The notes below the pieces were generated by a model, which did no database searches, was not told where the DNA came from, and saw nothing but the letters and a program-made list of their open reading frames with translations. DNA of 64,000 bases from Ascidiella aspersa. Lineage: Eukaryota. Shown here one piece after another: positions 39,501-51,500 of the stretch. The stretch covers positions 9,548,001 to 9,612,000 of the forward strand of contig OZ004609.1 in the NCBI GenBank assembly GCA_963924565.1, in the 5' to 3' direction. The position numbers were made by a program, and so were the translations under genes. Position 1 is the stretch's first letter. Each line of letters begins with the position of its first letter.

Positions 39501-42500
39501 CGATTGTTGAGAAAACTGACCTGGATTCCAACGAATCCTTAAATTTGATGAAAACCCAACCGACAGCTGAACAACCGATTATTTTGGACACCCTGGTTTG
39601 TTTACATTTAGTTTTTGTAAAATTAAGGAAAATTGGACATCACTAACCAGCAATTGCTCAATTTGACAGACCACATCGCCGATTGGTGATAGCTGTGGCC
39701 TCAATTCAATCCCAATTTTGGAAGGAAAATCACCGATAACTAAAGATGTGATTGATTCCCACATGTTGGTAAGTATTTATCTAGTTTATTATACAGTTTT
39801 ATTACGCCCCGGATTATCATACGCAAAATCGCGGTCCATTAGATGCACATTTTTACAAGGCACATTGTAAACCAGTGGCATGTCGTAATATATATCATGC
39901 TTTTTAAAGAATATTCGCTCCACTCGCGTAGCGAATGCATATAACTTGATCGCTGCATGGCCGAAAGTTTTTTGTTTGTTTCATCACTGACTCTTCAAAC
40001 AAGACATTATGCGATTCAGAATAGTAAACATTTTAGATTTGACAGACTGACCAGCCGACCAAATTAGTGTTTAAAGCAATTATCAACTTTCCACTAAATC
40101 CTCTCTTAAATGTCAACCTTTTTAAACACCATTGGGTTGATTTATCAAATCAAGCAAGCGATGGTTAGCAGCAAATGCCCGGATTTTATTAAATTTGCCC
40201 TAAGCCTAAGTAACAACCAATCATTCCAACCAAATGATTCTGGCCCCATGCTAAGTGTTTATCTAGTTAAGGTTGAAAGTAAGGAATCACTTTAACAAAA
40301 AACAGCGGGAACACACAATGAAACCTAAAAAGCAACATAACTAAACCCGGAAAATCGATAAACCATAGTTTTAAGATCAACGACATAATACAGCCAAATA
40401 CGCAGTGATATCCAGTACAGAATAAGATCGAAATTGTCTGAATAAGACCTAAATCTGCCGGAATATTCTGACTATTTAGGGCTTTCTCCGACGGATTTAG
40501 GACTTATTCCGATCTAAACGGTACTACGACCATTAGGTATTAGTCCTATTTCGGCCTTATTCGGAGTCCAAAACAGCATTGGTTTGATTTTGCAGACTGA
40601 CCAACTAGCGGTTGAGAGCAGTAGCCGAGAGTCTAAACAATTCTCGCTGGAGAATCTGATTGGAAACCAATCAGAGACTGACCAACCGATTGAATCTGAA
40701 ATCTTGGTAAGTTTACTTAGATTTGTGTTAAAATTAATAATAACATCAGTAAAACAAATTTGTTTATCTAAAAGATTGAACAACTGAATGTTGAAAGCAG
40801 CGATCAGAAGTCTTCGCTAAACGTGATTGAAAATCAACCAGTTACTGAACAAACGATTAACTTTGACAAATTGGTAGGTCACCTACGTTTTTTATTCTGC
40901 GCTTTAAAAATGCAAAAACACTTTGCAAATCGGTTTATCTAACAGATTACACGACCAAATGGTAAGAGCAGTGGCCAGGAGTCAGCTGTACTCTCTTCCC
41001 TTAATGTGACTGAAAACCAGCCTGCATCTGAGCAACCGAATGATTTTGACATCCTGGTAGGTTAACCTCGTTAGATGGATTGAGGTACCCAGTTGTGCAG
41101 TTGGTTTAAATCACGGATGGCAAAACATTTCTTACCAATGTGTAACTTTTTAGTGATTCAGATGCTTTGAATTTAAATGTACAAGACAAACTTTTAAACC
41201 CCTCTACCTTTAATCATTTAACATAAATACTTATACTTAGAGTAGTAGAACTTGTATGGGAGGGGATTTCACAAAAGACACACAAGATAACATCCTTCCT
41301 TTATTGGTATTTCTTATATCTTTGAGCCACTTAAATGTATTATATTAATCATAGACTAAGTTTCATAGAGACACAATCATAAAGATCTTCATGATTTTTG
41401 TTATTTATTAAAGGTATGCATTTTAATGTGTTATATCGTCGTAACATAAGTACGTTTTACAGCCCAACAATACGCTTGGAACAAGCAGTGGCAAGGAGTC
41501 CGTTCGAAGCTCTCTCAAGGATTTGAATAAAGGCGAACCATCAACCGAGGCGCTGTGTGATTCTGGCCTCATTGTAAGTGAATAACTCAACTGTATTTAA
41601 CGACTGTTAAATCGTGTTATATGCACCAATATTTGGTGCAATGCCCGATTCTAAATTCGTGACCTTAAGATACTTCTAGAAAGACAATTTTTGCCCACCT
41701 TTACAAAAGTAGTGGGCAACAATACAGCCCGCGGACCGAATGTGGTCTGCCAATTTAAATCATTCGGCCGGCGACCTTTTTTGCAAACTGGGCAGAAGGC
41801 ATTTCCTCATATTTTTTAAACAGTGATATATTTTAACTACACGTATAAATGCAAAAAAAAACTCCCGACGTCACATGGAAATTCTCTAAAGTGAAAATTA
41901 TTCGTGGTATGAAACTGTCTTAAATGAAACTTTCTCCAACTTAATCCATATTCATCTTTTCGCAGTTGCATATCTTAAGATAGACATATAACAATACAAG
42001 AAAATGTGTTTTGAGTTCCACTGCACGGTATAAAACTTTTAAAAGCAACACAACCCACCTACACATATTCTTTTAACGAATGCGCACCAAGGCAGACAAC
42101 AAGAAACGCCTGTTTGTTACTAACTGTCAAGCCCTAAATTATTAATAAATTCAAAGGCATGTAAGACTTAAAATAAATGTATGCGCAGTTGCGCACCTTT
42201 AAAACGCTTTTACTCAGCATTTATTTTCAACTTAGGCATCACTGTTTTTTGCAGGCCGGCCTTCAGATCGACGTTAATGGCGACAAGAGTCCCATTGCAG
42301 GCAACCTCGTCGATTTTGACCGAAACCCAGCCAATGACAACGCAGAGTCATCCTTGTTCGAACATGCTTTGAACGAAAATGCCGACGAAAAAAATACTGA
42401 TTTTGGCGTTTGGGTAAATTCTTTGCTATTCCTTTCACTAATGAATCGCCAAGCTTAGCGCTACGTGTACAAAATTTGATATGAACAAATTATACTTGAG

Positions 42501-45500
42501 TAAAATTTAATTAACTGAGAATATGATAAATTGATTAAAGCGTTGTGCTTGACACTCTTTTTTATTTTTTACATTTGCTTTTTTAAAGGCCGAATTGTCG
42601 CCCGCCAGCCAAGAGACAAAGCCTGATGCCGAGATCGTTTCATCGGCTGGAAAACCGTCTGACCATTCTAAAGCGGTAAAACATATAATTTTTCAATTGA
42701 ATTTATTTTTATTAAGATAATAGAGAATTAACTTTACAGCGTAAGTTATGCCCGCAGGCTGTAGTTTAATGACCCATGTGTTAGACCAGTGGTTCTTAAG
42801 CTTATCTTACCGCGAACCCCTCTTTTAGTTTTTGCTTCGCGTGGATTTGCAGAATCGACGTCACAAATTGACGTTAAAATATAAATAAACTACAAAAATC
42901 TGCTGATTTCGGTCTAAATAAGTGAAATGGAGTCCAAATACATTCAGTAATAAAACGTTTTATTTTTTTTTTAAACTTTTTTAAAAATTGATTACTACTT
43001 AAATATACACTAACATTTTAATAAGACCTTATTGAACCCCCTAAAACTAGTTCACGAACCCCCAAGGGGTCCATTGACCCCCGTTTAAGAACCCATGTGT
43101 TAGACCCTATCGCAAAATGGCGCCTCATTTGGCGATTTGGTGACCTCTCGTTAGCAATGGTTTTAAAAGCAACCCAGCAGTTAAGCAACTATCTCGCCTT
43201 GGGCTGTACAAAAATTGCGTTAGTAAATTTGCGTTACGTATTATAAGCGATCTAAGAAATATATGTCTAATAGCTACATAAGAAAATGGCGCGGCGTCGC
43301 CGATAGCTACCATACACGACTGTCAAAACGACAAGCACGCTGGCAGGGCAAAGCGACTAATAAAAATTCACTTTATTAAATTGCTATTTAATATAAAATG
43401 GAGTGTCCAAGTAGGATTATTTTCGTACTCACAAATATTCGAAAATAGCTTGCGTCTATTGAAGGGCCAAAATTCTACACCAATCTGTAGGCTATTTTTA
43501 GTTTAATATGGCGCTGGTTTTGCTCATGTGTGCGTTTGTACAAGGATATAGTTTTATTCTACAGGATAACGCAGAATCGGATCATTGCGAAAAGTTCGAC
43601 GGGCCCTTGACTGCCCACGATTTGACTGCCCACGATTTGACTGAGAGACTACAATTGATTGAGACATCGAATGCTGGTCATTCGGTAGGTTCCTAGCGCT
43701 TTTAAACCTTGTGTATGGGGTTTGACAATTTTTTATCTCAATGTGAGTTCTTAATTCATAGGACGAGCAGCAAAAGGATGAGACAGTTGCGAAAATTCCT
43801 TTGGAGGATTTGGAAGCTGTTGATCAATCGCCTTCTAGACAGCTTCTTGATTCCTCGCTCGCGGTAAAATATTTAAAATAATTGCCCCTGGTGGATAGAC
43901 GGCCTTAACCAGTGGTTCTCATAGTTTTTTTTTATATTCCGCCCTTACAAGCGCAAACACTGCCGATTTCTCCTCAGAAAAAACACGAACTATATCTAAC
44001 CTTATTAGAACAGGCAAAACTGCGCCAAAAGCCTAGACTTGTTACAAAATTTAGAAGCGCTAGTCGTCTTAAAATTGAGTTTGTTCAAACGTATAACGTA
44101 GGTATTACTTTTATACCTGTAAAAAGCCTGCATTTCGGTGTATATTTTTTAAATGGCTGTAACAACTGCGAAGAAACAATAAACCTATATTACGGATCTA
44201 AAAGACTCTTTACAATGCCGATGTTGTTGTTGTTTCATCCATTTTTATCCCCCACCTCCTCACTTGAACAAATTTCCTTCGGAAAATAAAAAATTTCCCC
44301 ATTAGAGAGCCAAGTGTTTCCCTTTAAGACCCAGTGGACCAACCGACATCAGGCAACCTATAATGCATCGTTGATGAAATAATAATATTATTAATTTCGG
44401 GATCTAAGCCTGCTCGGACATTTCTAGTTGTTGGTCTTTTTTCCATATCGCAAGATCCAAGCAAAACCACAAAGGTTGTTAAAAAGAAAAGAACAACTTT
44501 ATTCAACAAAAGCAGAATACTATATAATTACGTAAATAGCATCGTCAGTTCTGCTAAGATTTTTATTCAAATAGAAGCTATTTGTTGTCTTGGATCTTTT
44601 TTACAACCTTTGTGGCTTTGTTTGGATAAGGCATTGTACTAATGCAATATTACTTATAACTCTGCTGATCTTCGCAGAACAACGTGGAAAACCCGGAAGG
44701 CATGAGCCATGAGGAAATGGTCGAATATTACGTGAGTCTGGTTCAAGGCCAGAACGACCAACCACAAGCCTCTGGCGCACAGAAAAGTCAGCAGAAAGTG
44801 TCACACTTTCAACCTGATGTGTCCTTGCCCTTTGATTCATTTCCAGAGGAACGATTTCTTGGATCTCGTGAAGGCGGTAATTCGCCAGTTGTTCGCCAGA
44901 TTGGGGAACAACAGTCCTACGATTTTCCAGTGGAGCGGGACAACGAACGAGTCCAAGACACGTCGGAATTTCGAAAAGAGGAGAAACCGCCTAGGAAAAA
45001 AATTCGGCCCAAAAAGCTCATGGTAACCTTTGGTTAACAATTTTAAGTGAGATGTTCGTTTTTTTGTTTACGTTGTATACTGATTTTATCAGCATGCGTG
45101 TTGTTTTATATTTGTTCTTGTTCATTAATTGACACTAAAACCTACTTTAAGGTTTGTGGCGTGGGTTTGTAGGCTATAGCGCACATTTTACATAAATAGG
45201 CATTTTGCACGGGTCAGTTAACTGTAGATGTATATCATCACATCTAAATTACAACAGCACTATAGTTTGTTTCGGCTTGAACCTAATGTGTACTTTATTG
45301 CAAAGAAAAAGCGTTTGACTTATAGGTATATGCCTAAAGTAATTAGTCATTTGGGTAATCAAAGATAAAAACAAACTTCGCCACCATGAAAACACCAAGG
45401 AGGCCAATATAATATGTAAAGTGTACCCTGTTGTAAGTGCAACACCAACAAAATTGGGAACTTTTAATGAAATTTACAAGCTATATCGTTCCAGTATATA

Positions 45501-48500
45501 AACTGTCGCAATCAGGCATAATAATATTAATCAAAAACAGCTCCTATGGTAATTGTGTTGTAATTGTTACCAAACGTTTCGGCAACCCCAGCTTCGTCAG
45601 GGTGAATTTCATCACGGTGATGTTTGGCGTCATTCACCCTGAATAAGGCGATTTGAATAGGTTGCCGAAACGTTGGGTAACAATTACAACAACCTGAGCA
45701 GCTGTTTTTTAATATTCTATCGTTGGTAATGTTCACTCGCTGTATAGCAACCACTTTGCTCTCTTGAAATTTAGGCGTTTCATTGTAAATCGTTGCTCGC
45801 AGGCCAAACTGCAAACCACGATGAGCACCTTGCAATCCAACCGTGATGTGCCGAGCACCAATTGCGCGCAGGCGTTTCTGGGAAGCAACCCGTCCTTTTC
45901 GCCCTTCATTTGCGTGTCAGCAAAGCAGTTTTCCAGCAGAGCGCCCGTTGTAAGTGTAAACCTATTGCGAGTTCGTTTAATAAGGTGTGTTTCTGCATAG
46001 TATAACAAGTGCGGGCCGCGAACTATAAAGTTTGTACAGATCAATGCACTTTATCCAAGAAGTTTTGACAGTTTCTTTAGTATTAACAGCTTTGTTCCTA
46101 TTGACAGTTTGTATGGTGTGTTTCTACATTATAGTAGAACAAGTGCGGACCACAAATTATAAAGTTGTACAGATCAATGCACTCAATCAAAGATAATAAG
46201 TTCGTATAATTTAATTAGGGCGTTGCGTTTGCTTTTTTAGGAATAATGACTGCGTTTTTTAGCGGTAGATTCAGAGATAACCATATCAGTCCACTCGTAT
46301 TATTTAATATACGATGATCGAAATTTTTCGATAATCTTCCTAAACCTAACGTTGTACAGCAACTCTTTCGAAAAGTAATTACCGCAGAGTATTTATTAGC
46401 CTGACTTATAGCGCCAGTTTTCTCTAGTTCAGTTACTCCACTGGCGCCCTTGTTATTTTGCCTTATGTCAGCTTTATTTAAACCGAAATTAATATGAACA
46501 TCACCTCCTAACCAAAACTGGCAGTATGACAAAACATTTTACTCTTAGTCTGACTGAGCCCCATTTCTGTTTCTTGAACGCTACAATCGCTTTTGTTAAA
46601 TACTTTGTTGCGGCGCATTTAGGTCAAGTACAAAGTTCCAGCCGACAAACTGGAAAAATTGTCGAGCAAAAAGAAGCTGGTTTCCAACAGGGGGGACGTC
46701 CCAATGGAGCTTGCCTCGACGAAATGTTTCTCAGTCAAAAAGCCAATGGTAAGTGTGCTTTGATCGCTATTCGCTATTTGTCTTTTTTGATTGCCATAGG
46801 TCTCAATACGCATTTCGACAAGTGTAAATGTATGCCTTGTGAATCTTTACAACAGTTAAAGAAAACGAAATTGAAAATAATTATGCAAATGAATTCTCAG
46901 CAACCTAATGCGCTCTTTACCTTTTTAGATGCCATCGATTTTTGGAAGCAAGAAAAAAGTTAATGTTCCAGAAAAGGTAAAAATAAGACATACTTATTGA
47001 CAGCCATTCAATGTCGAAAAAAACCAAACTTGGTTTTTATTTAGAAATAATTGGCTTGCGTAAAATCATTTATTTGTTTGCAGGTCACCATTCCTGAACC
47101 AGTTTTACCTAAAACGAAAAACGCTATCAAACCGACTAAAAAGCCTTCTGTGAGTCTGTTGGAATTTTTGTTTTCAAACATGGTGCTTTTGCAGTTAAAA
47201 ACAATTTCTGGTTACGTTTAATTGATGCATGCTTTTCTACATTTGTTAAACCCGCGGTTTGTAGACATAATACGTATCTTGAGAAATGCAAGGCTACGTT
47301 GATTGACAAGTGCTCCTAATTTGGTGTGATGCATTTTTAGAATATTTAGTTTTCGTGCTTTTTTAATGTTGGAGTTGAATGCTAGGTTTTTGACGCGTTT
47401 TAAAAGGGGTGAAAATATTGTTTCCTAAAACGATTTTGTTATGTTTTTTTAAGCGTCCGTGGAATTTTGGAATTAACAAAAAAGTTGACCCAAAGCTATC
47501 AGTTAAGGTAAGAGGATTTTGTAAAAGCGATTTAGGCCGTCACATATAAATGAACGTTAGACAAAGAGTTAAGAGCAATGCTGAAAAACTTGAATTTATT
47601 TTTATTTAGCTGACCAAAGTACAAGCAACAGATTTGAAAGAGGAAAAAATCGAGTCTCCAAGAAAGTCTTCGGCTGCCAAAAAAGCACTGGTAAACGCTG
47701 AAGAATATTTACGAAAATTCTATTGTCGTCGAAGTTTTACTTAGAGCAAGTTACGATGACGAATACATTGAACTTTTTTTTTGTTATGTGTTGATGAATG
47801 TTTCCATTTTTGACTAGACTTATTTTTAAAAAAGTTAAAAGAAGTGTTTTTTTTTTCATTTTTACGTTACAGTGCGCTTCTACAAAAAAGGAAAGAGGCA
47901 ATTGTCAAAGATTTTGTATTATTGCTTTGTAGAAACTTTTTATGTGTTGTTTGTGCTTTAATAGATCCCCTGGAATGGAGGGAATTCGAGTAAAGAAGTG
48001 AAGCCTCCTCGCATCACAAAGGTAATTAATTTAGTGCCTGAAAACAACCTACTTCGTTCTCTTCTTACTTGTAAATAACAACGCAGAAAAAAGTACTTTA
48101 CGGTTGCTGCACGTGAGGAAAGGAGATACGATGTGTATCAAAGGATCTTTAAATACGTTAAAAGTATATCTTTTAAAAAATAAGGGTTGATGCTTTTCAG
48201 CTACATTCAGTACGTTTTTTCAAAACATTCAGTACGTTTCAGCTGTAATTTTCAAAACGTGTTTTGACACCTTCTCGCACTAATGCAGTAGCTCAAAAAA
48301 CATTCACTTAAATTTGTGTTCTATTAAAGTAAAGGAAGTTAAAATTGTAGTGTTTTTAAGTTAACTGTTGTGGATTTGGAGCTTCTCACATTCTATGCAA
48401 CTTGGCTTTATTTTCCAAATGTGTTTTGACGCTTTCTTGCACTAATGCAATGGATTATATGCGACTAAGAAATTCACCACAAATTCAACATGTTTCTTTT

Positions 48501-51500
48501 GCAAACAGACAAAAGTGCAAGTCCTTAAATTGAAAGAAAAGAAACTGGAATCGCCCAAAAAGTCACTAAATACTAAAATAGCAAAGGTAAAATAAAGCAA
48601 CACATTTTACATTGTCTCAGTAGTATTTTGGTTTTGAATTTGCCCTTAGGTAATTTGACTACACAGTGCAAAGTCATACTGCTATAAACGTTTTGCAAAA
48701 TGTATATTATATTTTTTAAGATTCCGCAGAAAAGTGACAATGAGGTGAAAGAAGTAGCATCACCTTGCATTACAAAGGTAAATCCAGTTGGATTAATGTG
48801 TTGTACCTTGGCTAGCAAAATGTAATTTGAAAACGCATGTAACTTGGGCATTTCTTTAGAAGCCTGTTGAAAAAGATGTGAGTTGACATTACAGCATATA
48901 ACAATATTTTATTTTCCTCAGGTTATCGGGTACATTTGTACGTTTCAGTAATCACGCGTTTTTTGTTTAGGCGTATACCTTATGTGAACATTTATATATA
49001 TATATTTCTAAAGATTTATTTATTCAATGTAGTTCGTTGCAAACTATCGCGAGGGTAGTTTTTTATGTTTCACTTTTATTGTAGGCAAAACCTCAAAACG
49101 ACCGCTCTGCCTTCGAATATACCTTCAAGCCCGGTGGCACTTTTTGGTCCCAAAATGAAGTGGTCTCGGCCGGCAAAAAGGCTTTTGTGAGTCTACGTTT
49201 TGTTTAAATGACAGTTGATAGCTTTCAGTTGTATACAAGTAAATTGCGAATATGATGAACCTTTTTATATAACAAAAATACTCCATTGTTGCTGTAAATG
49301 TTTTTAGTGTTTTGAAGCAACAAACAAACGTTTATCAGATTGAAATGACAACAATAACTTTGATTTTACAGTTTTTAAAGTCACGTTTTTTTATTCGTGC
49401 TTTACAAGGGACGATTGCGATAAATCATTTTTTTCCCAGTCTGGCACCAAATTAGGTTTCTTTAATATAAAAAATACTTTGTCAGTAAATTCATATCCAA
49501 GATTACACGCGAAACACACGACATTATGCAGTTTGGCAACGTATACGACGTCTATTTTTCCTAGCTAACGAAGCCACCATGACCGAATTATCACGACAAA
49601 ACGAATCAGCACTTTAACAAAATCATAATGCGGCGAATTTTAGACACCGCCACCTTAAAACAATAATAACTTACCCTTCAAATCGAAACGGGAATATTTG
49701 TTTTTCGTCCATTCAGGCCAACTCGCGAAGGTTGCCGGAACCCCCCGCGCCAACCAACAAAACTAAAGACGAAGTTCTGGCGGAAATTACTCGAGCCGCC
49801 GAATTGAAAGTACAGTCTTGGCTGGAGGCAACCAAGTCGGCCATCGAGACTGGAAAAGCGGACGCGGAAATGCGTTTCAGTCTGACTCAAGACGCTCCCG
49901 GAAACTCGGGGCTCGTTCAGGACAAAATCAACAACGAAAATAATTTACCCAACGGCGCTGAAAATTACTTTCAAAGGGCTGGCAACTCGAAGGAGTTTGA
50001 CCTGATTTGCAGCGAAATGATTTTAAATCCTGTTAAGCAAACAGCAGACCACGGAGTTCAGGAAGCTCTATTATCTTTGCCAGTTGCAGATAACAAAGTT
50101 ACCGAACCTAAAAGTCGCAAATTGAAGCCGCGTGTTGCCGCCCTTGCTTCTGGTGAAGACAAAACGTCATCCACTAATGATGAGGACATGTCGAAAGATG
50201 CTGGCGATAGTGAAAAGCTGGCATCTGTAGAGGAGCCAAGTCAAGTGGCCTTGCCTCCGTCGGACGCAGTACTTGAGAAAAAATCTCCCACCTGCGAATT
50301 TGATGAGACTAAGCTCCGCTCTTCGAAAAGCCTTCCACAAACCCACGCGTCACCAAATCTTTGCGATGAGAAACAAGGCAAGGCGCCTTCGAAATCCAAA
50401 CTTAACCCCAAAAGAGCTTTGGTGAATGAGCTTAAAGCAGAAGCTGCAGTGGCCCAAGAAAATGGCGAATCAGAGCTTAGCAGCGACGCATCGGATTCGG
50501 AAAGCGCAAGCAGCAGTGATAGCGCACCAGGCCATGACGTTGCATTGCCCAAGCAAGTCGCCAATGACCCAACGACAAAGAGTCGAGGTTCTCTTGGCGC
50601 TAAAAACACTGCAAAGGGAAAGAACGACGTCAATTCAGCTGCCGTCAAGCCGAAAATCAGCGAGGAAGGTCAATCTTGTGGCGACCCCGGAACAGCCGGA
50701 CAGAAGCCTATAGTCAAAAAATCAGCCGTAAGTTGGTTTGGTCTCTCAATTATGCAGTTTCGTTTATAACCAGTATGCAGGATTTTAAGCAGAATGTAGA
50801 CAAGCATTGGACGTGCCAAGGCAATTTTTTTATCAGAATGTGTGTTTAAATAGGTCTTTGTATTTTAGTCCGCTGAAAAAATAATTTGTGCTTTGTTGTT
50901 ACATCATGTTTATTGTTTTTATTATTCACAGAATTCGCTGACTTTGCCAAAAAAGAAAAAACGCAAGACCCCATTTTGGCGAAAGGTAATTGAGATTCCA
51001 TAAAATATAGTTGCCAAGCTCGATTTGTTTGAAAGCAACATTTTTTTATTGGAAAAGCACACTTTATTTTGTTAACTCAGGCTATATACGATATTAAAAT
51101 AGTAATTTGACTGCGGTTTATTTACCTAACGCTGCGTTGTGTTGAATAGCCTTTTATTTGTCTTTATAGTCCAAGCTGCTTAACCTTAACGAGGACAACA
51201 AAAAAACGGAAAAGCCTAAGAAAAAGGTAATTTTAAATATATCTATATTTATTTGTTTAATGTTTTTATATTTGTTCGTGTAACTGAGTCGTTGTATGAA
51301 TGGCGTTTGGATCATCACTAGGGATTTTTCTTTCTTACTATTTGCCTACAATTTTTCAAACCCAATAAGTTCGAACCATAATTGCTATGTTCACTTTATT
51401 TTAACAGCTACCGTGGAACTTCGGAATCAATAAGAAAGTTGACAAGCTGCTTGCAGAAAGGGTGAGAACTTGAGATAATGCTAAAGTTTATATCTTAAAG

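Noticed and set aside
47873-47897. Extra microexon after TTACAG
   Set aside because: No GT donor; the only option is a 25-nt GC-donor exon that breaks frame.
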